A stretch of 64,000 nucleotides of DNA from Lingula anatina (lineage: Eukaryota > Animalia > Brachiopoda), in contig CM120643.1 in the NCBI GenBank assembly GCA_051362555.1, forward strand, positions 29,888,848 to 29,952,847, read 5' to 3'. A program made the translations under genes and the position numbers. The notes beneath the pieces are model-generated. The model was given only the letters and a program-made list of their open reading frames with translations. It did no database searches and was not told where the DNA came from. Positions 25,401 to 35,707 of this stretch are shown here, one piece after another. Numbering within the stretch: position 1 is the stretch's first letter; every line of letters begins with the position of its first letter.

Positions 25401-28400
25401 GTGAACTCTGAGCTATGAGGAGATGTTAGAAGTCTCAAGTTGTTATCTCAACCTGAATCCATCTACAAACTTATCAAAGTTGTGAGATAGAGAGATGGAG
25501 ATCACCTAGCTCCTTATCATGCCTGAACCATAGTGGTGAAGGCTAACAGTCCTTCAAGCTGACTACTACAGTGTGACACATGTGTAATATATGTAATGGG
25601 TGAAGGCTAACAGTCCTTCAAGATGACTACTACAGTGAGACACGTGTCTAATATATGTTATGAGTGAAGGCTAACAACTAGTCCTTCAAGCTGACTACTA
25701 CAGTGTGACACATGTGTAATATATGTAATGAGTGAAGGCTAACAGTCCTTCAAGCTGACTACTACAGTGTGACACATGTCTTATATATGTAATGGGTGAA
25801 GGCTAACAGTCCTTCAAGATGACTACTACAGTGTGACACGTGTAATATATGTAATGGGTGAAGGCTAACAGTCCCTCAATATGACTACTACAGAGTGAGG
25901 GTCTAATATATGTAATGGTTTTTTTTTTTTACTTCACTTCAGATGTTGATGAATGTACTGAGAGGTCAGACAACTGTGACCAGATTTGTGTCAACACAAA
26001 TGGAAGTTTCTACTGTGAGTGTGCTGCAGGATACACCTTGAATGTCACCTCTAACCTGTGTATATCTGGTAAGTGCATCACCAAATTCTAGACAATGAAC
26101 ATTTTCCTCAAAAGCTGCCTCAAATCTCTCTTATATCTCAAATCACAGAGTCACAGGTCAGATTAGTGAGCTCCACCACAAACCTGTTGTTATAATTATT
26201 CATAAAAGATCAATTATAAGTGCTGTCACAGGAAGTGTATGCATGACCATTAAACCACAATAGCATGTGTTGATGATTCTTCAGTTATATCAGAGAATGA
26301 TGGTATGTGACTTGAAATATAACAAAGGTGATAACGCCATTTGAGTTAAGTATATCTATATCAAAACATGTATCCAGCAGTTGCAGTCAGTCAAATTCAA
26401 CTTACAAGACTAGGAAAGATTTTTAGACATATCCACACTGTAAATATGCCATTGTAGAGCATCTCCTAATATAATCACGTATACATGCCCTTTTTTTTTT
26501 TGGCTTTATAATAGTTTCCTATACTTTCTCCACGATTTCCAGACTCTGATATCTGCCAGCTGTTGAACTGTAGCCACTACTGTATTATCCTATATTTTGT
26601 CCACTATTTCCAGACTCTGATATCTGCCAGTTGTTGAACTGTAGCCACTACTGTATTATCCTATATTTTGTCCACTATTTCCAGACTCTGATATCTGCCA
26701 GTTGTTGAACTGTAGCCACTACTGTATTATCCTATATTTTGTCCACTATTTCCAGACTCTGATATCTGCCAGCTGTTGAACTGTAGCCACTACTGTATTA
26801 TCCTATATTTTGTCCACTATTTCCAGACTCTGATATCTGCCAGTTGTTGAACTGTAGCCACTACTGTATTATCCTATATTTTCTCCACTATTTCCAGACT
26901 CTGATATCTGCCAGCTGTTGAACTGTAGCCACTACTGTATTATCCTATATTTTGTCCACTATTTCCAGACTCTGATATCTGCCAGCTGTTGAACTGTAGC
27001 CACTACTGTATTATCCTATATTTTGTCCACTATTTCCAGACTCTGATATCTGCCAGCTGTTGAACTGTAGCCACTACTGTATTATCCTATATTTTGTCCA
27101 CTATTTCCAGACTCTGATATCTGCCAGTTGTTGAACTGTAGCCACTACTGTATTATCCTATATTTTGTCCACTATTTCCAGACTCTGATATCTGCCAGTT
27201 GTTGAACTGTAGCCACTACTGTATTATCCTATATTTTGTCCACTATTTCCAGACTCTGATATCTGCCAGTTGTTGAACTGTAGCCACTACTGCACCAACT
27301 CCACGGGGTCAGTCTTGTGTCAGTGTCCTGACGGCTTCAATCTGGACACCAACAACCGCACCTGTCTAGGTACGCAACACTGAGGAAATAAGTTTTCTTA
27401 TTCTTCTTTATTCTGCCAGAACATATTTGAATTTTTTGTGATTATAATGAACCAGGGGCGGATTTAGGGCGTCTTCTGGGTCTTCCGGAAGACGGTCAGA
27501 TTTTCAAGTTTACATTGACGGGTATCTAATTTTTTCTGTCGGAAGACGGTCAAAAATCAAGAACGGATTAACAAAGATAATTTGGAAGACTATCAGAAAA
27601 TATCTCTGAATCCGCTCCTGTGAACATACCACTAGCCATCACCCTGTACGATTCTGGTTAAAATACAGACATTAAAATATTCACATTGTCTTAAAAACTT
27701 TCAAGAACCCAAGTTTGACTTAAATTATAGAGTTAACCATCAGTTATTTTGTATAATACCTGTATGCTTATTTAATCATGTCAGTTTTTTCATGTCAGTT
27801 TTTTCTAAATAATAAATAATATTTTTCATAATTTTTACCATTATTATTTATATTTTACTCCAAGACATTAACGAGTGTTCAGACCCAGTGTTAAATGGCT
27901 GCGACCAGTTGCTAGGCAACTGTAGTAACACAGCTGGAGGCTACACCTGCTCCTGTCAGATAGGCTACGGGCTTGCCAGTGACAAAAGAAGTTGTGAAAG
28001 TAAGAGGGTGCTTTTCCTCAGAATGTTCCTCTTGTCTGGTAGATGTCTTTTACTTGAGGTGTAAATGTGTAAAGGAATTATGGGAAGGTGACAGTCTTTT
28101 ATAAAGATCGAGCATTTATTTGTGGGCCCAAGTTTTTACCTCTCATCATATATTTCAAAAGTATTTCATTTTTACTCTATGATAAAATCTGCAGAAAGGA
28201 ATCTGTGCTTAAAAATACAGACTTTTCATGTAGAATTTTCAGTAGAATGTGGCCCAAAAAAGAATAAGCTACGAAATAATTGACCATTTCTTGGAAGAAC
28301 CAAAAATGATAATGACAAGTTACATGTACCACCACTGTCAGCAATGATGATGCTAACCCCCACTAAGCACCATGACCTATCATGTGTCTTGTTTGTTCTG

Positions 28401-31400
28401 TGTTCAGAGTGTGTGGCCCCACAGTATGGCCTGGGTTGTGTGGAGATATGTGACTGTCAGGGCAGAGCTGCCACCTGTGACTACATCCTAGGCTGTGTAG
28501 ACTGTCAACCTGGCTGGAACGGCTCCCAATGTGCCGCTGACATCAATGAGTGTCTTAACAACACTATATGTGGCAACGCCGGCCAGTGTGTCAATACCAA
28601 TGGCTCATTCTACTGTGTATGCCCTCAAGGCTATGTGCTGAATGCTTTAGGCACATGTGAAAGTAAGTTGTTTTTACTGTGTTTCCACAGTCTGAAAACT
28701 GTTCATATAAACTGCAAATAAAATTTTAGTATATCAAAGTTGTAATTTTCCACTAGAAGGACAGTTTATTTCTTGATTTATTTAGTTGTGTTTATAGCTG
28801 GAAAACCATATTTTATTCAGTTCCTCGCAATTCTGAAATAAACTGATAGCAACTAAACAACAGAGGAACATGTGTTGACAACATGATTAGTCACTCCTGA
28901 ACATAAACTTAGCCTTACATGTCTGTTTTCCTTTCAGATATAGATGAGTGTGTGTTGCAGACACCTTGTAGTTTACAGGCAACATGCAATGACTCCATAG
29001 GCAGTTATGTCTGCACATGTAATGATGGCTACACAGGCAATGGAACCTTCTGTGCTGATGTGGATGAATGCAATAGCACCAACCCTTGCACTGGACCATA
29101 TGAGGAATGTATGAACACAGTGGGCTCGTATCTCTGCAAATGCCAGAGTGGCTTTCAGCGTGACGTGGACGGAGTTTGTGCTGATGATGATGAGTGTCTC
29201 CACAGTAGTTCCTGTGATACCATGGCAACATGTCTTAACACAGTTGGTTCATTCACCTGCACTTGTAATGCAGGGTACACTGGGACTGGTCTGGTTTGTA
29301 ATGATATAGATGAGTGTAAGAATATCTCTGCTTGTAGTGGTCAGGGTCAAGTGTGTAATAACACAGAGGGAGGGTTCCAGTGTCAGTGTGACTCTGGCTA
29401 TGTACAGAACAACACAGTATGTGAAGACATCAATGAGTGTGACCTCAATCTGTGTCCTATCAGCTCCTACTGTACCAACATCCCAGGGGGCTACTACTGC
29501 ACCTGCTTCCCTGGGTTACAGGGTGACTTCTGTAATATCACCACAGCTACAACTGCAGCTCCATTTACAGCAACAACTTCTGAGGCGGACTTATTAACAA
29601 CATCAGCTGACAACTACACAGTAACAACAACAGCAAATATTGTTACTGAAACTACAACAGAAGAAACTGTGACAACTTCTGAGGCCAACTTATTAACAAC
29701 ATTAGCTGACAACATCACAGTAACAACAACAGCAAATATTGATACTGAAACTACAACAGAAGAAACTGTGACAACTTCTGAGGCCAACTTATTAACAACA
29801 TTAGCTGACAACATCACAGTAACAACAACAGCAAATATTGATACTGAAACTACAACAGAAGAAACTGTGACAACTTCTGAGGCCAACTTATTAACAACAT
29901 TAGCTGACAACATCACAGTAACAACAACAGCAAATATTGATACTGAAACTACAACAGAAGAAACTGTGACAACTTCTGAGGCCAACTTATTAACAACATT
30001 AGCTGACAACATCACAGTAACAGCAACAGCAAATATTGATACTGAAACTACAACAGAAGAAACTGTGACAACTTCTGAGGCCAACTTATTAACAACATTA
30101 GCTGACAACATCACAGTAACAACAACAGCAAATATTGATACTGAAACAACTACAGAAGAAACTGTGACAACTTCTGAGGCCAGAATCACCACTGAAAACA
30201 TCTCTTCCACTGCTGTGAGTCTTGTGACAGGAGAAACAAGCACTTCTGCAACAGAGACAACCACTCAAATGATTTCTAATTCTGTACCAGGAGTAACAAT
30301 ACAAGAGACAACAACAACCACCAGACCAGCACCAGCAGAGGGCACCACTGTACTGCTCAGCATCACTGTTAACATCACTTACCAAGCAGGTTTTAACGAT
30401 TCCACCTCCCTGTTCTGGAAAACTCTAGAATTACAGTTGGCCAGCTTGTACAGTGGATTGTCAGGCTTCCTTAGAGTCGTCATCATTGAAATAAGGTAAT
30501 GTGCTTCCTTAGAGTTATCATCATTGAAATAAGGTAATGTGCTTCCTTAGAGTTATCATCATTGAAATAAGGTAATGTGCTTCCTTAGAGTTATTATCAT
30601 TGAAATAAGGTAATTTCTGATTTACTCTATGTATGTTAATGAGATACTGTTAAATCACAATGTCACTTTGAAAAGTGAAACTAGGTCTTTTTTTCTCAGC
30701 AATGCCAATAATATTTTAAATTTAAAATGCATTACGATTAAGAATACCTGTGCAAAAGCAGTTTTAATAATTTGATACCAGATGGTGTGATTTAGAAAAT
30801 GCTAGTAGTATATTCATTAAATACAACTTTTTCCAGAAATGGTAGTACCATAGTAGACCACCAGGTGGTATTCAACAGCACTGTCAATTCCCAGACTAAA
30901 GAGGAGGTGGCAAGCCAATTCAAAACTGGAATAGAGAGCCAAAACAAGATTTTCACATATAATGGAACAGAATACCCAGTGACTGCCGCCTCAGTCTTTA
31001 CAACAGGCGGTGAAGGTTGGCTGAAGTTCTGAAGTTCTTTAAGTATCTTGTTACAAGCCTAGTGCTTTTAGCTCTTATTGATGTGATGAAAGAAATTATA
31101 TCTTTGTCCTAATCTATATCACACCTTAGAAAAATGTATTGCCATATTTCTGGGAAGAAATACAACATACTGCATCAATGCTGTCTGATGGCAAGAGCTA
31201 TGTTGTATTTTGATATGTACCCGGTATGCTTGTTTTCAGTTTCCATATCATCTATTTCAGTTGTCATCTTCCCCAAGTTTTCCCCCTGTGACATCTACAT
31301 CAAGGAGAAGGCATGTCAGAATGGAGCTGTGTGTGAGACATCCAATAACACGGCCACATGCAGGTACGGTAATGAGGCTGTGTGTAAGACGTCCAATAAC

Positions 31401-31585
31401 ATGACCATATGCAGGTACTGGGGTGTACCTAGGGGACAGATAAAGAGCCGGAAAGAATAGCATTTACTGCTGAAAAGAATTGAATTACCAGTATGTGAAA
31501 ATATCTAATTAAAATAAAAGTTGATGTGACCTTTTACTTATGTTATTTAGAAGTATGTGTGTATATACACACATGCACACACACA

Positions 31586-31625
<40 letters not shown>

Positions 31626-34171
31626 CTCTGCGATATAAATGATTGCACCATGTTATCTCCACTCCTTGTTACCCACCAGATGTCCTCGCGGTTACTCGGG
31701 AGACTTCTGTGATGTGAAGAGCGGTCTGACGGAGCTGGAGATAGTATACGTTGTCCTGGGCTCTGTAGGAGGGGTTCTCTTGATTGTCATCCTTATACTG
31801 CCCATTTTGATCTGCTGCAGACACTACAGGTCTAAGAGCCTTGGAAGCTCTTCATACAGGTAAGTCTGTAGACACTACAGGTCTAAGAGCCTAGGAAGCT
31901 CTTCATACAGGTAAGTCTGCAGACACTACAGGTCTAAGAGCCTAGGAAGCTCTTCATACAGGTAAGTCTGCAGACACTACAGGTCTAAGAGCCTAGGAAG
32001 CTCTTCATATAGGTAAGTCTGCAGACACTACAGGTCTAAGAGCCTAGGAAGCTCTTCATACAGGTAAGTCTGCAGACACTACAGGTCTAAGAGCCTAGGA
32101 AGCTCTTCATACAGGTAAGTCTGCAGACACTACAGGTCTAAGAGCCTAGGAAGCTCTTCATACAGGTAAGTCTGCAGACACTACAGGTCTAAGAGCCTAG
32201 GAAGCTCTTCATACGGGTAAGTCTGCAGACACTACAGGTCTAAGAGCCTAGGAAGCTCTTCATACGGGTAAGTCTGCAGACACTACAGGTCTAAGAGCCT
32301 AGGAAGCTCTTCATACGGGTAAGTCTGCAGACACTACAGGTCTAAGAGCCTAGGAAGCTCTTCATACGGGCAAGTCTGCAGACACTACAGGTCTAAGAGC
32401 CTAGGAAGCTCTTCATACGGGCAAGTCTGCAGACACTACAGGTCTAAGAGCCTAGGAAGCTCTTCATTCAGGCAAGTCTGTATACACTACAGGTCTAAGA
32501 GCCTAGGAAGCTCTTCATACAGGTAAGTCTGTATACACTACAGGTCTAAGAGCCTAGGAAGCTCTTCATAGAGGTAAGTCTGTAGACACTACAGGTGTAA
32601 GAGCCTAGGAAGTTCTTCATACAGGTAAGTCTGTATACACTACAGGTCTAAGAGCCTAGGAAGCTTCAAACCCCAAAGCCCTGCTAGCAATTTTCCTTAA
32701 AAGCCTTAGTTCAGACATTATAATTGAGAAAGCAAAATAATGCCTTTGTTTAATGAAAGTCTGTAATTATGGGCTCACAACTCCATGACAAATAAATTTA
32801 AACTAAAATGATGGCACAGGATAGAAGCTCATACATTTGTGGTCACCTCTCCCAACTTTTGTGATAAAATCTTGTTCAGGGATGAAGATATGCCCCATAC
32901 CTATTGCTATATATATAAGCTACAGGTAAAAGTCTTACAGAATATCATGTTATAGGTAGAAATAAAATTCATTTTGATAATAAGCATTCCAACCTTAAAT
33001 TTGACCTTCAGTGACATAACTCAGATGTCCTACGGTCGAGTGACTGGCGCTTTCCATCCTAAATATGGCATGGACTGGAAGAACATGAGGGACGGACGTG
33101 GGATTTATAACCAACAAGGCTTCAACTGGCGTGACTGGCTTGGAGATGACGGGGAACAATCCCAGAGTTCCAGTGATATGACTGTGCACCGAGACCAGAT
33201 GCATTATGGGCCAGGTTTTTTCCATTCCTCCACGCAAGCCATAGCTCACCCTAGCAATTCTAGTCTGGATATCTATGACAGAAGGCTCAAAGGTAAACTA
33301 ACAAATGTCCATACTTATAATTATTTGCACATGGGATGCTAGAACTGTTTGAGAAACAGCTCGAGGTAAAATCTAATCCTTAAATACAATAATTTGATAA
33401 TTTTAATAATTTGCTTTTATCATTAAAATCATGCTCAGATTAAACAAAGTCCGAATGCTTTCATTTATGTGACACTGTGTATTTCATCTGTAGTGTGCAG
33501 AATAAAGAACATGTTATGAAGTGGGCAATAAATAAAATCATTGATATTTTCAGCTGATGATGACTCTGATTCAGACTGGGCAGACTTGGTCTCTACCACC
33601 CTGGACAAGGACAAAACTGTGAGTAGATGGAGAAATAGACAGATTATCACTTATGGCTTATCTCTAGAACAGAATCTATATACAATGTCAATTTATACAA
33701 TACCAATGAAGCAAATTTAACCATGATGACTATATTTACTGAGAAGTATCTATTACTACTAATACAAATTATCTTAACTGTATTTACCTGCAAGTAAGAT
33801 GACGCCAATTTTTTGCCCACTACCTGATTCATTCACAAATGGTTTACTGGTTTTAGCCATCAGTTCCTCTCCCATTCCAATTCATACATGAGCTCTGTAC
33901 CAGGTTGCTGATCAGTTTCTTACCAAATGATCCCCCTTTTTTTTCAGTTCCGTATAAAACGCCCACAGGTGGATCCAGCCAAGACAAGCCCATACAGGGT
34001 ATGATGACCTTTATATTTTAATTAGTTACAAAAATTGCTAATTGTTATAGCAAGTCACAATATATAAAACAAAGAAATTGCATTAATTAGTTACTTCATA
34101 GCATGACAGTTTTACTGATCATGAATTTTTTTCTCTTGCAGCTAAAACTGAAGCCAGAGTCTAACATCTGA
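1..34171 (+). CDS. Multi-exon transmembrane mucin (5' part outside window): PTS repeat - EGFs - NIDO - AMOP - VWD - cadherin-like - cbEGFs - PTS2 - SEA - EGF - TM - cytoplasmic tail; MUC4/SUSD2-like
   Basis: 30 exons joined by eye with GT-AG introns and consistent phases: <1-13404, 14611-14727, 15118-15267, 15727-15840, 16244-16384, 16778-16905, 17093-17434, 17671-17899, 18185-18420, 18561-18774, 19225-19479, 20618-20755, 21081-21278, 21607-21861, 22168-22378, 22837-23006, 23643-23810, 24829-24954, 25943-26068, 27253-27369, 27865-27999, 28408-28662, 28938-30495, 30837-31015, 31261-31363, 31680-31859, 33012-33292, 33554-33618, 33948-33998, 34142-34171 (TGA). Confidence 0.9.
13672..14633 (+). 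repeat. 47-bp tandem array spanning a 3' splice site (20 acceptors)
   Basis: Unit ataaagttgtctgtacacttgcag|gatatgtgggtatcaactgtgat; AG ends run from 13717 to 14610 = 19 x 47. Confidence 0.95.
14611..16384 (+). CDS. Four EGF-domain exons (14611-14727, 15118-15267, 15727-15840, 16244-16384)
   Basis: [39 protein letters not shown]; [30 protein letters not shown]; phase-1 introns as typical for Notch-type EGF exons. Confidence 0.9.
15437..15593. mobile_element. Short foldback MITE, MULE-like (9-bp TSD tgtcaatgt)
   Basis: Inverted ends atactccaaaggttca / tgaacctttggagtat, GGGG...CCCC termini, tgtcaatgt on both sides; sits inside a degenerate donor-derived repeat. Confidence 0.65.
16611..16777 (+). 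repeat. 83-bp duplication ending at a 3' splice site
   Basis: Two copies ending ctctcctgatag (16694) and ctctcctggtag (16777). A separate 61-bp duplication lies at 16441-16564. Confidence 0.85.
16778..17899 (+). CDS. NIDO domain exons (16778-16905, 17093-17434, 17671-17899)
   Basis: Motifs [33 protein letters not shown] and [23 protein letters not shown] are typical of NIDO. Confidence 0.88.
18185..18774 (+). CDS. AMOP domain exons (18185-18420, 18561-18774)
   Basis: CLDW...[12 protein letters not shown].. QCCY...DTLPKEWCC...[10 protein letters not shown] matches the AMOP Cys/Trp pattern. Confidence 0.88.
19225..21861 (+). CDS. VWD domain and following Cys-rich segment (19225-19479, 20618-20755, 21081-21278, 21607-21861)
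   Basis: [21 protein letters not shown]; [21 protein letters not shown]; IHYNFGQLW; CVYDY. Confidence 0.92.
19444..20156 (+). repeat. 65-bp tandem array spanning a 5' splice site (11 donors)
   Basis: Unit acacactgcatgtagaaatggtgaccaataacactg|gtaagtctatgtattgtctctagaataaa; GT from 19480 to 20130. Confidence 0.95.
22168..23006 (+). CDS. Cadherin/Ig-like domain plus EGF (22168-22378, 22837-23006)
   Basis: NAVP...VSVTDDD...GLFTWTP...FIADDGNGG resembles a cadherin-like/He_PIG fold; it is followed by [10 protein letters not shown]...CECALGYTG. Confidence 0.7.
22354..22455 (+). repeat. 58-bp duplication of a donor site
   Basis: tcacagcacaggtgtt.atgatcag|gtgagatagatatccaac at GT 22379 and 22437. 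Confidence 0.85.
22992..23481 (+). repeat. About 43-bp diverged tandem array spanning a donor site (about 11 units)
   Basis: ctctaggatatacag|gtaggtgttcaataggtacaggtagtta is repeated. Confidence 0.9.
23643..28662 (+). CDS. EGF / calcium-binding EGF exons (23643-23810, 24829-24954, 25943-26068, 27253-27369, 27865-27999, 28408-28662)
   Basis: DIDEC/DVDEC/DINEC...C.NT.GS[YF].C.C motifs; all introns are phase 1. Confidence 0.9.
23794..24403 (+). repeat. 31-bp tandem array spanning a donor site (about 19 units)
   Basis: acaccaggaagtgtgtgg|gtaagtggacatg; gtaag and gtgtg variants alternate. Confidence 0.92.
25535..25918 (+). repeat. About 64-bp intronic tandem repeat x6 abutting a polypyrimidine tract
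   Basis: gtgaaggctaacagtccttcaagctgactactacagtgtgacacatgtgtaatatatgtaatgg. Confidence 0.85.
26520..27292 (+). repeat. 71-bp tandem array spanning an acceptor (11 acceptors)
   Basis: tattatcctatattttgtccactatttccag|actctgatatctgccagttgttgaactgtagccactactg; AG ends from 26542 to 27252. Confidence 0.95.
27453..27620. mobile_element. 168-bp MITE with CAGGGGCGGATT-type TIRs and a 5-bp TSD (tgaac)
   Basis: caggggcggatt...aatccgctcctg flanked by tgaac on both sides; a second copy lies inverted at 55044-55207. Confidence 0.8.
28938..30495 (+). CDS. Exon with 5 cbEGF domains, a second Thr-rich repeat and the start of SEA
   Basis: ORF 28919-30499; acceptor ctttcag|, donor ataag|gtaat. Confidence 0.92.
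29573..30180 (+). repeat. Coding 99-bp / 33-aa repeat x6 ([33 protein letters not shown])
   Basis: Period seen directly; each unit carries an N-x-T sequon. Confidence 0.95.
30466..30615 (+). repeat. 38-bp tandem array spanning a donor (4 donors)
   Basis: gcttccttagagttatcatcattgaaataag|gtaatgt; GT at 30496, 30534, 30572 and 30610. Confidence 0.92.
30837..31363 (+). CDS. SEA C-terminal half (RNGSTIVD) and juxtamembrane EGF (30837-31015, 31261-31363)
   Basis: GSTIV matches the SEA G/SVVV cleavage motif; a phase-2 intron just before it is typical of SEA domains. Confidence 0.8.
31320..31420 (+). repeat. 51-bp in-frame duplication of an exon end and donor
   Basis: ...gccacatgcag|gtacgg (31364) and ...accatatgcag|gtactg (31415). 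Confidence 0.8.
31566..31623. repeat. (CA)n microsatellite
   Basis: Seen directly; (TA)n tracts also at about 22580-22606, 40601-40663 and 55717-55790. Confidence 0.95.
31680..31859 (+). CDS. End of EGF plus transmembrane helix exon
   Basis: [10 protein letters not shown] then [26 protein letters not shown] followed by basic RHYRSK. Confidence 0.92.
31815..32665 (+). repeat. 51-bp tandem array spanning the TM-exon donor (16 units)
   Basis: ctgcagacactacaggtctaagagcctaggaagctcttcatacag|gtaagt; 31860 to 32625 = 15 x 51; three units have gcaagt. Confidence 0.95.
33012..34171 (+). CDS. Cytoplasmic tail exons (33012-33292, 33554-33618, 33948-33998, 34142-34171)
   Basis: Phases are consistent; reads ...DKDKT|[17 protein letters not shown]|LKLKPESNI*. 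Confidence 0.78.
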
Positions 34172-35577
34172 GCCATTTGTCCACAGATTTATGTCCATAC
34201 AGCTCTGTGCAATAGTGGCCGTGCCATGCATGGTGCACAGTTTATGGTGCTCACAAAGATGAAAATGAACTCATTCTGTATCTCTCCATATCTGAATATA
34301 AGCAATATTACTGCTGTACTGTATGTACCATACATGTAGATCACCAAAGAGATATTGAAGTGTGCAGCATAGTTTAAATTGACAAAAACTGCAACTTTGT
34401 CATTTTGGTAAACTTTCAAACTTGAATACAAATGAGAGGATGTAATCATATTGACTCTATCTGAAACTGTGACAATTAGCTATGTTATTTGTCTGTACAT
34501 TTTTAGTAAAGTCATTACGCAAGCCCCTCCCTGATGATGCACTTTTGACAACATTTGTTCCAGACCAATCTGAAGTTAATGAAGTAGATATAATCAGTAT
34601 ATTTATTAGGTATATGTATATATGTACATGTAAAATCTGTAGAACTGTTTGATGAAAACTATACTCACTATCCGACTGTGAAACCTTCTGTAACTAGCTA
34701 AACATGCAGATTACAAGTTTGGGGGCTTATTAGAAGCACCCCATACTGGGACATTCCAAACTTTGAATTTATTTTTATATTATGTGAATTGTTTCCTTCA
34801 TATGGTGGAAACTTAACTGTGATATAAAAATTGAGGATGCATTCCATGCCAAGTATATGAGAGGTGGACCATTGTACTGTAGACATAATGTCCAGGTTAG
34901 TTAGCACATTGTTACTCCGTCCAAAGTATACAGGTTGTTACATATACAAGGTTATTTCACATACGATTACATCGTACTTGTATAGCTTTTTATCTCATGT
35001 TCAGCATATATTATGTCATTCATTCATAAAGAAACAAGTTATGCAAATGAAAGCAATCATCATGTGTCTTCCCAGCAATGAATGGTCACCAGGACGGTTC
35101 AGATTGCTTTGTGTTTACTATGCAACATTTTTATTCCAGAACATTTATTATTTACATATCATTTAATGTATTAGTAGTTTTACCTCAAAAAAGGGCTTGG
35201 TAAGCAATGTACATTTCATACCGTGTAGGTTATATGGCATATGTAAGTTTATTTTACTACAAATTGGAAACTTGTATTGTTACATTTTCTACAAGCAGTA
35301 AAGCATTTTTGCATTCATTTCATACTCACCAGCATTGTAGATTATTTCATACTTAAAACTTAGAACATACTATTGCTCGTATTTTTATTATGCTAGTATA
35401 CATTAGCCACTTTTATGATATCATAATAGTTTACATATGTAGAAGGCCTTTATTCAAGAATTTAACAATTGATAGATTACTATTTATTGATAATAATGTT
35501 GTAAGTTTTGCTGTTACAAAGACTTTCATAAAATGTTAAGTCTAGAATGTAAATATTTTATGTGTAGATACTAAAGA

Positions 35578-35602
35578 AATAAATTATTTTTACATTAATA
35601 AA
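35578..35602 (+). promoter_or_regulatory. Candidate polyadenylation signals (AATAAA x2) of the mucin gene
   Basis: AATAAA at 35578 and 35597, followed by a GT-rich tract (ttgtggttgtgtt), about 1.4 kb after the stop. Confidence 0.5.
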
Positions 35603-35707
35603 AAACAAGTAAAATTGTGGTTGTGTTCAAAGTACATTGATTTGAAATTAAAAAAAAACTAATCACCATAATTCCTTGCTGGTAAATTTTATTAAAAAAG
35701 AGTAACC

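Noticed and set aside
13672-32665. CRISPR-like reading of the regular 31-71 bp arrays
   Set aside because: There are no unique spacers and no cas genes; the units are head-to-tail copies of local eukaryotic splice junctions.
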